DNA of 64,000 nt from Candidatus Heimdallarchaeum aukensis (GTDB lineage: Archaea > Asgardarchaeota > Heimdallarchaeia > Heimdallarchaeales > Heimdallarchaeaceae), in the NCBI GenBank assembly GCA_021513695.1, contig CP084166.1, positions 2,304,001 through 2,368,000 of the forward strand, written 5' to 3'. Shown here piece after piece: positions 1 to 9,762 of the stretch (positions within the stretch are counted from its first letter, which is position 1; every line of letters starts with the position of its first letter). Below the pieces are notes generated by a model. That model made no database searches. It had not been told where the DNA came from and was given only the letters and a program-made list of their open reading frames with translations. Position numbers and translations under genes: made by a program.

Positions 1-309
1 ACTACTCGTTTCTTTAGAAGATTTGGTGTTGTTTCATTTACAATTTTTATGTTTGAAACTACCTTCTCTGAACTGATCGGAAAAGTATTCGATTTAGTTT
101 GGGCTGGCTGGAACACAGAAATGTGGTCATGTTTTATATTTTCATTTACAAATCTGATTCTTTGGACAATTATTATTGTTTTATGGGAAAAAACGGGATT
201 TAAATATGGGTTAGAATGGATGACTGGAAAGATCCTCTATTTACTAGTAAAACGCCCTTCTACAAAAATCTATTTGAAGCAAATTCTATATTTAGAGGAA
301 ACAAAATAA
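1..309 (+). CDS. hypothetical small membrane protein. It is probably 5'-truncated, because frame 1 is open from base 1 up to the listed ATG at 49.
   Basis: There is no stop codon in frame between 1 and 49. The product has hydrophobic segments (WSCFIFSFTNLILWTIIIVLW). No recognisable family. Confidence 0.3.
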   Translation, partial: TTRFFRRFGVVSFTIFMFETTFSELIGKVFDLVWAGWNTEMWSCFIFSFTNLILWTIIIVLWEKTGFKYGLEWMTGKILYLLVKRPSTKIYLKQILYLEETK

Positions 310-356
310 TACTTTTTTCTACCCCTATTATGTAACAAACAATTAATTAACAGGCA

Positions 357-833
357 ATGAGAACTTTTTTTAGATTGAGAATGAGTTTAAAAACAAGTTT
401 CTACTGCTATGGACATAAAAATGTTTTATGTAAGCATTTAACTACACTTGAATTTACTACAGATGACTTTCTTACATTAAGAGGTGACTGTATAATAGGA
501 ATAAGATCCAACATGAGTTTGTTTTCACTACCAGAAAAAATGAAACAATTTATCAGAAATGATAATACAAAAATAATTGTCAAGATGGAAGTTGACGATT
601 TAGTTGAAGAAGTAATAGGCTATGGAAATTCAAAGCTGGAATTATCAGACACACATGCAATGATTATTAGAAAAAGCTCTTACACATGTTCAAGGACTTT
701 AATGATAGGTGCAAATAAGGCTGCAATTGATATTTCAAGAGAGATTGTTCAAAAAATGAAAAACCCTGATTCTAAAATGAGGGTCACAATTCAAGTGTTT
801 CCTGCAGATAATAGAAGATCAATACACGCATGA
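357..833 (+). CDS. conserved archaeal hypothetical protein, DUF371-like
   Basis: The pattern GHKNVLCKHLTTLEFTTDDFLTLRGDCIIGI resembles the GHxNVxxxHxTTxExTxxxxLTxxGDCIxG core I associate with archaeal DUF371 proteins. This is from memory, not a search. Its 3' end overlaps the convergent Trm5-like gene by 43 nt. Confidence 0.35.
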   Translation: MRTFFRLRMSLKTSFYCYGHKNVLCKHLTTLEFTTDDFLTLRGDCIIGIRSNMSLFSLPEKMKQFIRNDNTKIIVKMEVDDLVEEVIGYGNSKLELSDTHAMIIRKSSYTCSRTLMIGANKAAIDISREIVQKMKNPDSKMRVTIQVFPADNRRSIHA

Positions 834-1864
834 ATCTCATGTGGAGCACTTTCTCTTATTTTTTGAAAGTGAAGAATTTGCTTTATTCTCCAATTTGTTT
901 TACTTAACTCGTTTTTTACTAAATTGTAGAGGTCATTTCTTCCTGTTTCATCTTTGACAAAAGAATAAAAGTGTAGAATTGTTCCTTCTTTAAAAATTTG
1001 TGAAGCTAATTGTAGAAATTGGATGGACGTTTTTGGTAAATTCATAATGACTCTGTCGGTTTTAGGTAGGTTGTCTATAATTTCTCTAATATCACCTACA
1101 ATTGGGTAAATTTTTCCTTTAAGTTTGTTTAGTGAAATTGATTTCTTAAGGCAATCAATAGCTTTTTGGTTAATATCTATTCCATAAATAGTAGCTTTTG
1201 TTTTTTTGGCTATATGAAGAGGAAAAGGACCTGTACTTGTAAACATGTCTACAACAATTTCTCCCTCTTTGACTAAATTTGCTATTCGATTATGTTCGTC
1301 TCCTAACCTGGGACTAAAATATGTTTTTTCTACATCTACAAATATTCTTATTCCATATTCTTTATGAATTGTTTCGGTTTTTTTTTCGCCAAATAAATGT
1401 TCAATTTTTCTGAGTCTGTATTCACCTGAGACAGCAGAAGTTTTTCTATAAACACTTTTTATTGAAGGAAAGAGGTTACAAAGCATCTTTCCAATTTCAT
1501 GTTTAAAAGGTGAAAGCGTTTCATCAAATTCGATAATTGCGATGTCACCAATTTGATCAAACGATTTTGGGATAAAATCCACCATATTATTTGGAATAAC
1601 ATTTTTTAAAGCTTCAGCAAGGCTTTTTGGTTTTTGTCTTTTTTTCTTAAAGAAAAATTCTACTATCTCTCCTTGCTCTTTTAGTGGAAAATCATTGATG
1701 AAGGCTTTTTTTTTATCAAGATTTATTTTTAATGGAAAAAAAAGATAGTCTTCTTGTTTTGAAATTTTAAAATTAAAATCCAAATAATTGTTATTAATTA
1801 ACCATTTTCTAGTCTGTTCTCCATATGAACAATGAATTTTTAATGCAATGGAACGAACAGACAT
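791..1864 (-). CDS. trm5: tRNA (guanine37-N1)-methyltransferase, Trm5/Taw22 family (class I SAM methyltransferase)
   Basis: The SAM-binding motif VVDMFTSTGPFPLHIAKK (compare D-x-F-A-G-x-G-x-F) and the catalytic NLP motif (IMNLPKTSIQF) are present. The length and N-terminal D2-like region are typical of archaeal Trm5. Confidence 0.65.
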   Translation of the reverse strand: MSVRSIALKIHCSYGEQTRKWLINNNYLDFNFKISKQEDYLFFPLKINLDKKKAFINDFPLKEQGEIVEFFFKKKRQKPKSLAEALKNVIPNNMVDFIPKSFDQIGDIAIIEFDETLSPFKHEIGKMLCNLFPSIKSVYRKTSAVSGEYRLRKIEHLFGEKKTETIHKEYGIRIFVDVEKTYFSPRLGDEHNRIANLVKEGEIVVDMFTSTGPFPLHIAKKTKATIYGIDINQKAIDCLKKSISLNKLKGKIYPIVGDIREIIDNLPKTDRVIMNLPKTSIQFLQLASQIFKEGTILHFYSFVKDETGRNDLYNLVKNELSKTNWRIKQILHFQKIRESAPHEIHACIDLLLSAGNT

Positions 1865-2023
1865 ACTTTGCTTTCATTTTGTTTTTTTATAAATTTATTT
1901 TTATAGAATGAATTTTTTCTTTTTTATGCGTAAAGAAAAGAAAAAGTGAGAACCAACAAGCGATAAGAGTTTTTATACTAAATTAGCTTACGAAAAATAT
2001 AGCTAATAAAGACAGAATAATTA

Positions 2024-2455
2024 TTATTGTTTAATCTTTTCTTTTTTGACTACTTTGATTTCATCAATTTCTGTAACAGGATACTGTCCATCTTTATCTT
2101 TTTCTAGATATTTTACCATATCCCAGATTGTTGAAAGGAAAATACTTACTCCTACAACTGCTTCCATTTCTACTCCTGTCCGAGCAACAGTCTTTACTGT
2201 TACCTCTACAATTATCTCCTCTTCTTTAATCTCATGATTAAAATCAACGTGTGTTATTGGTATTTGATGACACATAGGAATTAGTTCAGGAGTACGTTTA
2301 ATTGCTTGCATAGCTGCAATTTTTCCTACAACTAATGGGTCACCTTTTTTTATTGTGCGTTCATTTATTTGTTTTATAGTTTCTTTTTTAAGTTGTATTT
2401 TTCCTCTAGCTGTAGCGATCCTGGTAATATGATTTTTATTACTTATATCAATCAT
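2024..2455 (-). CDS. moaC: cyclic pyranopterin monophosphate synthase MoaC
   Basis: The product from the internal Met (MIDISNK...) has the MoaC hallmarks PMCHQIPIT and GVEMEAVVGVSI. The ORF track extends the start to 2521, which would overlap moaA. The ATG at 2453-2455 gives a normal MoaC N-terminus and a 4-nt gap after the moaA stop (2448-2450). Confidence 0.85.
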   Translation of the reverse strand: MIDISNKNHITRIATARGKIQLKKETIKQINERTIKKGDPLVVGKIAAMQAIKRTPELIPMCHQIPITHVDFNHEIKEEEIIVEVTVKTVARTGVEMEAVVGVSIFLSTIWDMVKYLEKDKDGQYPVTEIDEIKVVKKEKIKQ

Positions 2456-3350
2456 AGAAATTTTTTCCTTTGACAAAAAAGGGTCTCCTCCTTTCCATTG
2501 CTTTTTTAAGAGATTTCTCAATATCTTCTTCTATTGGAACTAGGTTGTCAATTCTGTATAAACATGGTTGAAATTGAAAATCGTTTGTTACACGTAAAGT
2601 CTTACAATTCATGCAGAAATTGGTGTTGTGAACTGGATTAACTATTTCTATTTTTGCACCGTTTGGGAGAGTATACTGTTTTCTATGATGTAAATCTCTT
2701 ATTTTTATTTCAACCGCTTCTTTTTCTAATTTTGAAGCAAGATCTTTTAGACTAACATGAAATTTGTTAAAGTATTCTTTGTCTAAATCGATTAATTCAA
2801 TGATTTGCAACATAACATCCTTTTCTGCAGCAAAATTAATCATAGGTTCAATCTCATTCTCATTTATGCCCTTTAGTAAAACCATGTTTAGTTTGATAGG
2901 TGTCAAACCTATTTCTTGTGCAATTGTAATTTGCTTGTCTATTGACTTTAATGATTTATACGAAGGGTTGTAGTGATATGAGTCACAACTGATGTTTACC
3001 CTATCTAAACCTGCTTCTTTTAGCTGTTCTGCATATTTTTCTAATAGAAGTCCATTTGTTGTCATAGATAAATCTTCAATTTTTGGGTGCGATGAAAAAA
3101 TTTTTACTATGTCAACAATTTGGGGGTGAATTAAAGGCTCTCCACCCGTAATTTTTATGCTTGATATTGAATACTTGTCAATAATCGACAAAAGTTTTTT
3201 TATTTGATCAAGAGTTAATTTATTAGAATTATGTGAAGAAAAACCTTCATTGTGGCAATAAGGGCAGTTTAGGTTACAACTAGAAATAACAGAAACTCTT
3301 AATCTTGTTATCTCTCTATTGTATTTATCTATTAGTTTTATAATGATCAC
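2448..3350 (-). CDS. moaA: GTP 3',8-cyclase MoaA (radical SAM)
   Basis: Radical-SAM CxxxCxxC motif (CNLNCPYC) near the N-terminus. It has MoaA length and a C-terminal Cys cluster (CMNCKTLRVTNDFQFQPC) for the second 4Fe-4S. It sits with moaC. Confidence 0.85.
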   Translation of the reverse strand: MIIIKLIDKYNREITRLRVSVISSCNLNCPYCHNEGFSSHNSNKLTLDQIKKLLSIIDKYSISSIKITGGEPLIHPQIVDIVKIFSSHPKIEDLSMTTNGLLLEKYAEQLKEAGLDRVNISCDSYHYNPSYKSLKSIDKQITIAQEIGLTPIKLNMVLLKGINENEIEPMINFAAEKDVMLQIIELIDLDKEYFNKFHVSLKDLASKLEKEAVEIKIRDLHHRKQYTLPNGAKIEIVNPVHNTNFCMNCKTLRVTNDFQFQPCLYRIDNLVPIEEDIEKSLKKAMERRRPFFVKGKNFYD

Positions 3351-3353
3351 CTG

Positions 3354-3800
3354 TTATTTAATAACCTCTATTTTATCGTCAACAGAGATGGTTCCTGTTT
3401 TTATAACTTTAGTAAATATTCCTTCTTTTGGCATAATACAATTTCCCACTAACTTCCTTATTTCACAGCCATGATGGCACTCTTTTCCGATTTGAGTAAC
3501 TTCTAAAACTACATTATTTATCTTTATTTTTGTTCCAATTGGTAGTTCATGAAGTGATATACCTTCTGTCGTTATATTTTCAGCAAAATCACCGTAGTTA
3601 AGGGATAAACCTTGTTTTTTCATCTTGTCAATACTTTCTTTTGCTAAAAGAGAAACTTGTCTGTGCCAATCTCCAGCGTGAGAATCCCCTTTTAATCCAG
3701 TTTGGGTAATTTCACAGCTGTACACATTAGTTTTTTTTGTTCCTTTTCTTTCACTAATATTTACAGCTTTAACCCTTCCTATCATTTCAATAAAAAGCAC
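3354..3800 (-). CDS. MOSC-domain protein (YiiM/MOSC family, predicted Moco sulfur-carrier/sulfurase-like)
   Basis: It has the MOSC signature region GDSHAGDWHRQVSLLA...YGDFAENITTEG and a conserved Cys (GKECHHGC). It is co-directional with moaA/moaC. Confidence 0.6.
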   Translation of the reverse strand: MLFIEMIGRVKAVNISERKGTKKTNVYSCEITQTGLKGDSHAGDWHRQVSLLAKESIDKMKKQGLSLNYGDFAENITTEGISLHELPIGTKIKINNVVLEVTQIGKECHHGCEIRKLVGNCIMPKEGIFTKVIKTGTISVDDKIEVIK

Positions 3801-3860
3801 CTATGTTCTTTTTTAAATATTTACTATTTACACTTTTACTTGTAGAGACAGAGAGAATCC

Positions 3861-5114
3861 TTGCCATTTGTTAAAATTTATAAAAGGAGAGACGACAATC
3901 AAAGTATGAGACCCTTTAAAAGATTAATTAGTTTAGATGAAGCTTTAAGAATTCTAGATGAAAATACAACTCCATTATCTGAAACGGAAACTGTTTCTAT
4001 CTTTGAATTATTAGGTAGAGTTTCTGCACAAGATGTCATTGCTGACCTAAATATTCCCCCATTTAACAGATCAGCAATGGATGGTTTTGCTGTGAAAGCA
4101 TCCTCAACTTTTTTGGCTTCTGATAGAAATCCTGTGTATTTGGAGTGTATAGATAAAATACTAGCGGGTGACGTTCCGCATAAAGAAATAAATGAAAATG
4201 AGTGCATTGAAATCGCAACAGGAGCAATGCTTCCTAGTTCTGCAGATGCTGTAGTTCCAGTGGAATATACTAATAGAGAAGGAAATAAAATTGAAATTAT
4301 CAAAAGTTTTCCTCCTAACGCTAACGTTTCCTTAGAAGGTGTTGACATTAAAAAAGGAGAAAAAGTTATTGAAAAGGGAATGGTTCTAGTTCCAGGAAGA
4401 ATAGGTGTGTTAGCTGCCTTAAATATCTCTTCTTTAGAAGTTTACCGGAAACCAAAGGTTGCAATTATTCCAACAGGAAGAGAGATTGCTCCTTTAGGTG
4501 GAGAATTAAAATTAGGACAAGTCTATGACATTAATACTTATACAATTACCTCTTTAATAAAAGATATTGGTGGAGAACCAATTGTTTTTGATATTGTAGA
4601 AGATAAATTCGAAGATCTGGAAAAAGCAATTTTAGAAGCATTAGAAAAAGCAGATTTAGTTTTGATACTAGGCGGAAGTTCTGTTGGAGAGAGAGACATT
4701 AACATTGACGTATTAGAAAAACATGGTACTATACTTTTTCACGGAATTCAACTTAAACCAGGAAAACCGAATTTATGTGCAAAAATTAATGGAAAATTAG
4801 TTTTAAATCTTGCAGGTTATCCTACGTCTTGTCTTACTAATGGCTATATTATCGTTTCTCCAGTTTTAAAGAAAATGGCTCGCCTTCCTCAAAGACCAAA
4901 ACAGAAAATCAAAGCAAAGTTAGGAAGAAAAATTGTTTCAAACCTTGGAAGACATCAGTTTTTCACTGTACGTTTAGAAGGTGATATCGCCTATCCCGCA
5001 TTCAAAGAATCTGGTGCAATTACAAGTATTGCTTTAGCTGATGGTTATATTGAAATCCCCTATAATGTAGATTTGATTGAAGAAGGGGCAGAAGTTGAAG
5101 TAACATTATTTTAG
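3861..5114 (+). CDS. moeA: molybdopterin molybdenumtransferase MoeA
   Basis: It has the MoeA hallmark SAMDGFAV, a MoCF-biosynthesis domain (LVLILGGSSVGERD) and a C-terminal MoeA domain. The true start may be the downstream Met (MRPFKRL, about 3906). Confidence 0.85.
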   Translation: MPFVKIYKRRDDNQSMRPFKRLISLDEALRILDENTTPLSETETVSIFELLGRVSAQDVIADLNIPPFNRSAMDGFAVKASSTFLASDRNPVYLECIDKILAGDVPHKEINENECIEIATGAMLPSSADAVVPVEYTNREGNKIEIIKSFPPNANVSLEGVDIKKGEKVIEKGMVLVPGRIGVLAALNISSLEVYRKPKVAIIPTGREIAPLGGELKLGQVYDINTYTITSLIKDIGGEPIVFDIVEDKFEDLEKAILEALEKADLVLILGGSSVGERDINIDVLEKHGTILFHGIQLKPGKPNLCAKINGKLVLNLAGYPTSCLTNGYIIVSPVLKKMARLPQRPKQKIKAKLGRKIVSNLGRHQFFTVRLEGDIAYPAFKESGAITSIALADGYIEIPYNVDLIEEGAEVEVTLF

Positions 5115-5650
5115 TGATTAAAATGAATGAAACTCCCAAAGAGAAACATACGGTTAACAAAAACATTTCAATAAATGTTCAGCTTATAATGGTAAGTGAT
5201 TCTTTATCTAAAGCAGATGATATAACTAGAAAAAGAAACGATAAATCTGGAAATATAGCTAAAGATATGCTTGAAAAAGCAGGGATTTCTCCAGGAACTA
5301 TAATTTATGTAGAGGATAGCCTTGCAGAAATTCAGAAAAAAATAAAGCTAGCAGTTGAAGAAGGCAAAAATTTTATTATAACTATGGGTGGAACCGGAAT
5401 TAGCTCACGAGACGTAACTATTGAAGCAGTAAAACCTTTATTAACAAAACAGCTAGATGGTTTTGGAGAACTCTTCCGATCTCTAACATTTGAACAAGTA
5501 GGTACAGTTTCAATAATGACCCGTGCACTTGCAGGAATAATAAAACAATCACTTGTTGTTTCTCTCCCAGGTTCTCCAAATGCAGTTAAATTAGGAATAG
5601 ATATTATCTTAAAAGAGCTGATGCATATATTGAATTTAATTAGTAGATAG
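5114..5650 (+). CDS. mogA: molybdopterin adenylyltransferase MogA/MoaB
   Basis: MoCF-biosynthesis domain with GGTGISSRDVT (compare GGTGxxxRD) and a conserved C-terminal GSP motif (LPGSPNAV). The listed start is a GTG overlapping the moeA stop. The first ATG is at 5123 (MNETPKEK). Confidence 0.8.
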   Translation: MIKMNETPKEKHTVNKNISINVQLIMVSDSLSKADDITRKRNDKSGNIAKDMLEKAGISPGTIIYVEDSLAEIQKKIKLAVEEGKNFIITMGGTGISSRDVTIEAVKPLLTKQLDGFGELFRSLTFEQVGTVSIMTRALAGIIKQSLVVSLPGSPNAVKLGIDIILKELMHILNLISR

Positions 5651-5662
5651 TGAGATGAATAA

Positions 5663-6070
5663 ATGAGTAAAAAAAGAGCAACAAGTTACGAACGAAATCT
5701 GGGTGATAGATTTTGGAAGGAGGGATTCGCTGTTATGCGTGCCCCTTCTTCTTCAGGAACCTCTGTTTTTCCTAGGCCTGATCTACTTGTAGGGTCATCA
5801 AAAAAGAAGAAAATCTTTGCTATCGAACTTAAAACAGCAAGACAAGATACTTTTTACGTTACGAAGAAACAAATAAATGGATTAACTAAATTTTCTGAAA
5901 TCTTTGGGGCAATTCCTATTTTAGCTGTTAAATATGTGTCAAAACGTCTTCCTTTTCTTTTTCTTAAAATCCCTGACGATTTGATTGAAAGTCGAGGAGA
6001 GAGCTACGTCATAAATATAGAACATGTTACTAGGGTTGGAAAAAAATTGGAAGAACTAATTAGTGATTAA
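5663..6070 (+). CDS. hjc: Holliday junction resolvase Hjc (archaeal)
   Basis: About 135 aa. It has the Hjc N-terminal motif GxxYERxL (SYERNLGDRFWKEGFAVMRAP) and the catalytic PDLLVG...IELK residues (nuclease fold E-x-K). Confidence 0.8.
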   Translation: MSKKRATSYERNLGDRFWKEGFAVMRAPSSSGTSVFPRPDLLVGSSKKKKIFAIELKTARQDTFYVTKKQINGLTKFSEIFGAIPILAVKYVSKRLPFLFLKIPDDLIESRGESYVINIEHVTRVGKKLEELISD

Positions 6071-6179
6071 GTTAGTTTTTCTCTTTTCTTTTTATACTAA
6101 TTTCTTTATTAAAAAACTGACCAACCACTAAATTTAAAACAGTCTTTATGGCGAGGATTTAACCAGAGAAACAGAACGG

Positions 6180-6464
6180 ATGAACACTATGATTACAATA
6201 AAACGAGAAATAAAGTCACCTTTCAGTAATTACGGTTTTGAGAAAACCAGTAGTCAATACCAGGTGATTTTAACTTATTTAGAAACCAATGATGCAGAAA
6301 AGAGAAGAATTGGCTACGCACTTTCTATTCCGAAATTTGATGAATTACCAGATGGGCTTAAAGAAATAGTACGCCAAAAATGGTTTTCCGAACAAAAAAA
6401 AGAAAACTTTGAAAAAGAATTTTGCGCTTTATGTGACAAAGTTTTTCGTTTTCAACCAGAGTAG
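6180..6464 (+). CDS. hypothetical protein
   Basis: 94-aa ORF in an otherwise empty gap. No recognisable motif. Confidence 0.3.
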   Translation: MNTMITIKREIKSPFSNYGFEKTSSQYQVILTYLETNDAEKRRIGYALSIPKFDELPDGLKEIVRQKWFSEQKKENFEKEFCALCDKVFRFQPE

Positions 6465-6502
6465 TTTGTATTCAAAGAACTTATATTTTTCCTCTTAGTT
6501 TT

Positions 6503-7603
6503 TTGATAAGGTGTGAAAAATACTTGAAAATTCTAAGGCAAGATTATCGTCATGGCTATCTTGAACTAATTCCTGAAACCATAGATGATCTCTATGCTAT
6601 CTATCGTATTCTAAAACCAGGAGATAGAGTGCGTGCTTCAACAAAGAGGAGAATACGTAAAGATTCTGAAGATAGCCGAGCAGATTCTGGGGAAAGAGTC
6701 AAATTAGTTTTAGAAATTAAGGTTGAAAACATTTCCTTTGGAGATAACCTTAGTATTAAAGGACCTATTGTCGCGGGAAATGAAAATCTTATTTCCTTAG
6801 GTGAGTACCACACCATTGCTTTAAAAGAAATGGAAAAAGTCATAATTTATAAGGATCACTGGAATACTTCGGAGAAGCAGATAATTAGCGATATAGAAAA
6901 AGAATCTCGATTAGCTAAAATAGTAATTATTACTCTTGATGAAGGAAGCGTGTGTGTTGCTTTAGTTACACAATTCGCGGTAAAAATTGTTGCTGAAATT
7001 GATCATTCTATCACTCGTAAATTTTCTGATGCAAAACAGCATTCTTCTGCTTTAGGAAAGTTTTTCCAAGAGGTTCTTGAGATCATCAAAGAAGTCTATG
7101 AACAACACAATCCTCAAACGATTATTCTCGCTGGACCTGGCTTTACTCCAGAAAATTTTCTAGATTTTGTTAGAAAAAGAGATAATAGTTTAGCTCAAAA
7201 AATTCAATTTGTTCATGCTAATACTGGAGGACGAGTAGGTTTACATGAAGTTTTGTCCCGCAACCTTCCTGAAAAAATAGCTGAAGAACAAAGAGTAGTT
7301 TACGAAACCAGGTTACTTGAAGAATTCTTTAAGCGTGTAGGTAAAGATACTAACACTGTAACATATGGTTATGACAATGTAAAAAAGGCATTAGAAATGG
7401 GTGCTGTAGATACGTTAATGATTTCAGATGATAAATTGCGGATCTATGACGAAAAAGAGCGAGAAAAAGTTGAACAGCTTATAGAGCTTAATAGACAAAT
7501 GGGTGGAAAAACTGTGTTTTTTTCGACACAACATGAGACAGGAGAAAAGTTAAAATCATTGGGCGGTATCGTAGCGCTATTACGTTATTCAGTTGAGATA
7601 TGA
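6503..7603 (+). CDS. pelA: Pelota/Dom34 mRNA surveillance factor
   Basis: The N-terminal region (LKILRQDYRHGYLELIPETIDDLYAIYRILKPGDRV) matches the archaeal Pelota N-domain. It has the central and C-terminal eRF1-like domains and Pelota length (about 350 aa). Confidence 0.8.
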   Translation: MIRCEKYLKILRQDYRHGYLELIPETIDDLYAIYRILKPGDRVRASTKRRIRKDSEDSRADSGERVKLVLEIKVENISFGDNLSIKGPIVAGNENLISLGEYHTIALKEMEKVIIYKDHWNTSEKQIISDIEKESRLAKIVIITLDEGSVCVALVTQFAVKIVAEIDHSITRKFSDAKQHSSALGKFFQEVLEIIKEVYEQHNPQTIILAGPGFTPENFLDFVRKRDNSLAQKIQFVHANTGGRVGLHEVLSRNLPEKIAEEQRVVYETRLLEEFFKRVGKDTNTVTYGYDNVKKALEMGAVDTLMISDDKLRIYDEKEREKVEQLIELNRQMGGKTVFFSTQHETGEKLKSLGGIVALLRYSVEI

Positions 7604-8706
7604 CTTTTTTCAAAAAGGGGATCAAGGTAAGTAATAAACCCATTTTCCATAGGATATTGTTCAATTATAGCTATTTGGGATATCTTATCCTCAAATTTAT
7701 TTTTTAGAATTTCAGCTGTCTCTTTTATTATTAGTGAACTAGTGTAAATTGCCTTTTTTTCTATTTCAGCACTGAGCATGTCTTCAGAAACATATAACTC
7801 ATTTTTCATGTATTCCAATATATCTTTAATATCCTCTTTTTTATCTACAATTATTCTTCCTCTGACAATTAATCCTTCTTTTGTTATCCAGTCATGCTTT
7901 TTAGCATAGTTCTTTGCTCGTCGAATAAATCTATTACGCAGTTGTATTCTGTCTTTATACACTGAAGAGCAAAAATGTAAAGTGATGTTACTCTTTCTAA
8001 ATTTTTTTAATATCTTCAAAGCTAGTTCCTTACTTCCTTTTACTGCAGATTGTGTGTTAGAAACTGGTCTAAAATCCTTTTTCCTTAAGTTCTTGAAATT
8101 TGTTTCAGCAAATTCGAACTCATTTAAATTTACAAAATCTAACTTATTTTTAATTGCAAATTCTACAATATGTTCTATTTCTAATTTCTTTCCCGGTATA
8201 GCTGGTATCTCTATACCTACTTTCCAATTGTGTTTTGCAGCTTCTTTAATCGATTTTTCTATCTCTTCGCTTTTTTTTAATTGAGGAAAATGAAAACGAA
8301 TCTCATCTAGTCCTACACTATAAAGCATTTCCAGTTCTTCATTAGGTATGGCTCTTGCTGTGTAGAGGTGTATATGAAATTCTTTTCCAAATTCTTCTTT
8401 CAATCTCTGAATATAATTTAAAGTCCTTTCAATTTTGAGTGTTGGTTCTCCCCCAGTAATACTCGCTCCTAAAGCATTGATTTGTTTTGCTTCATCTATT
8501 GCTTCCTCCACTGCATCAATTTTTTGCTCATTAGCAAAAATTACGTCTGCTTTTCTTTGTGTACTGACAGGACAATAGTAGCAATTGAAAGGGCATTTAC
8601 CTGTAATAAAAATCACTAATTTAGAACCTAATGCGCATAGTTGACAACCTAAAGGGGGCTTACCCACTATTTTATTCTTTTTTGACCATGTTCGGACTTT
8701 TAACAT
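7585..8706 (-). CDS. radical SAM protein (activating-enzyme / AmmeMemoRadiSam-like family; subfamily uncertain)
   Basis: CxxxCxxC motif (CPFNCYYC) preceded by a CxxC pair (CQLCALG). It also has a glycine-rich SAM motif (GASITGGEPTL). Confidence 0.55.
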   Translation of the reverse strand: MLKVRTWSKKNKIVGKPPLGCQLCALGSKLVIFITGKCPFNCYYCPVSTQRKADVIFANEQKIDAVEEAIDEAKQINALGASITGGEPTLKIERTLNYIQRLKEEFGKEFHIHLYTARAIPNEELEMLYSVGLDEIRFHFPQLKKSEEIEKSIKEAAKHNWKVGIEIPAIPGKKLEIEHIVEFAIKNKLDFVNLNEFEFAETNFKNLRKKDFRPVSNTQSAVKGSKELALKILKKFRKSNITLHFCSSVYKDRIQLRNRFIRRAKNYAKKHDWITKEGLIVRGRIIVDKKEDIKDILEYMKNELYVSEDMLSAEIEKKAIYTSSLIIKETAEILKNKFEDKISQIAIIEQYPMENGFITYLDPLFEKSHISTE

Positions 8707-8771
8707 CTGTTAAATAACAAACTTGGACAATATTATAAAGTATAGGATTTGTTTCTTCCAAAAAAGACTTA

Positions 8772-9743
8772 TTGGTATCCTCCTTTTTTTCCTTAATGAA
8801 ATGTACATTTTGCGGGACTGATGAAGTTGTCTACGTTCGTCCATATGATAAAATTGCCTTGTGCAAAGAACATTTCAACGAGCAGTTTGAAAGGAGAGTT
8901 AAGCGAACAATTAATCGTTATAAAATGTTTCAACGAAAAGACAAAATTGCAGTAGGAGTTTCTGGAGGAAAAGATAGTATAGCACTTCTTGATACACTTG
9001 TAAAAATCGAAAAGAATTTTCCCGAAAGTGAAATTATTGCTATAACAATAGATGAAGGTATTGAAGGATACAGAGAAGAAGGTTTGTATTACGCTAAAAA
9101 ACACGCAAAAAGGCTTAACGTTGAACACCATATCTTTTCTTTTGAAGAAGATTTTGGTTATTCTTTAGATGAAATTATAGCCATTTTAGGAGAGAGAGGA
9201 GGAAAAAACCGCGCTTATGGAGCTTGTTCATATTGTGGAATTTTACGAAGAAAAATACTTAATGCCGCAGCTAAAACAGTTGGGGCAAATGTAGTCGCAA
9301 CTGGACACAACCTTGAAGATGAAGCTGAAACAGTTCTTTTGAATATAATACGAGGAGATGTCAATCGTTTAAGCAGACAAAGTCCTTTCCCTAAGAAAGT
9401 TCACAAGGATTTAGTTCCAAGAGTGAAACCCTTTAGACTTACTCCTCAAGCAGAAATTGTAATGTATATGATTGTTAATGAATTAGAATATCAGGAAGTT
9501 GCATGCCCATATGCAGTTGAGGCATATAGAGGAAATGTTCGTGATTTTATATTTGAATCACAAAATTCACAACCCATGCTTTCGTTCAATATTGTGAAAG
9601 CTCAAGATAAACTAGTTCCATACTTAACAAGAAATAGAGATGAAACTAAAGCAAAAATTAAAAGTTGTAAAATGTGCGGTGATCCTTCTGCTAGTGAAAT
9701 ATGCAAGGCATGTAGCCTGAAAGAACAATTGTCTAATCTTTGA
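8772..9743 (+). CDS. ncsA: tRNA 2-thiolation PP-loop ATPase, NcsA/Ncs6/Ctu1 (TtcA/TtuA) family
   Basis: N-terminal zinc finger (CTFCG...CKEHF), PP-loop SGGKDS and a C-terminal zinc ribbon (CKMCGDPSASEICKACS). The likely start is MKCTFCG at about 8799. Confidence 0.7.
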   Translation: MVSSFFSLMKCTFCGTDEVVYVRPYDKIALCKEHFNEQFERRVKRTINRYKMFQRKDKIAVGVSGGKDSIALLDTLVKIEKNFPESEIIAITIDEGIEGYREEGLYYAKKHAKRLNVEHHIFSFEEDFGYSLDEIIAILGERGGKNRAYGACSYCGILRRKILNAAAKTVGANVVATGHNLEDEAETVLLNIIRGDVNRLSRQSPFPKKVHKDLVPRVKPFRLTPQAEIVMYMIVNELEYQEVACPYAVEAYRGNVRDFIFESQNSQPMLSFNIVKAQDKLVPYLTRNRDETKAKIKSCKMCGDPSASEICKACSLKEQLSNL

Positions 9744-9762
9744 GAAAAAAATAGAAAAGAAG

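Noticed and set aside
791-833. 43-nt convergent overlap between the DUF371-like ORF (plus) and the Trm5-like gene (minus)
   Set aside because: It is not a feature in itself. Most likely the 3' end of one ORF is over-extended. It is noted in case the DUF371-like call is spurious.
2456-2521. N-terminal extension of the moaC ORF overlapping the 3' end of moaA
   Set aside because: The internal ATG at 2453-2455 gives a canonical MoaC N-terminus and removes the 74-nt overlap. The extension has no homology expectation.
3899-4348. 149-aa minus-strand ORF nested within moeA
   Set aside because: It is an antisense shadow of a conserved gene, with no motif and no independent start context.
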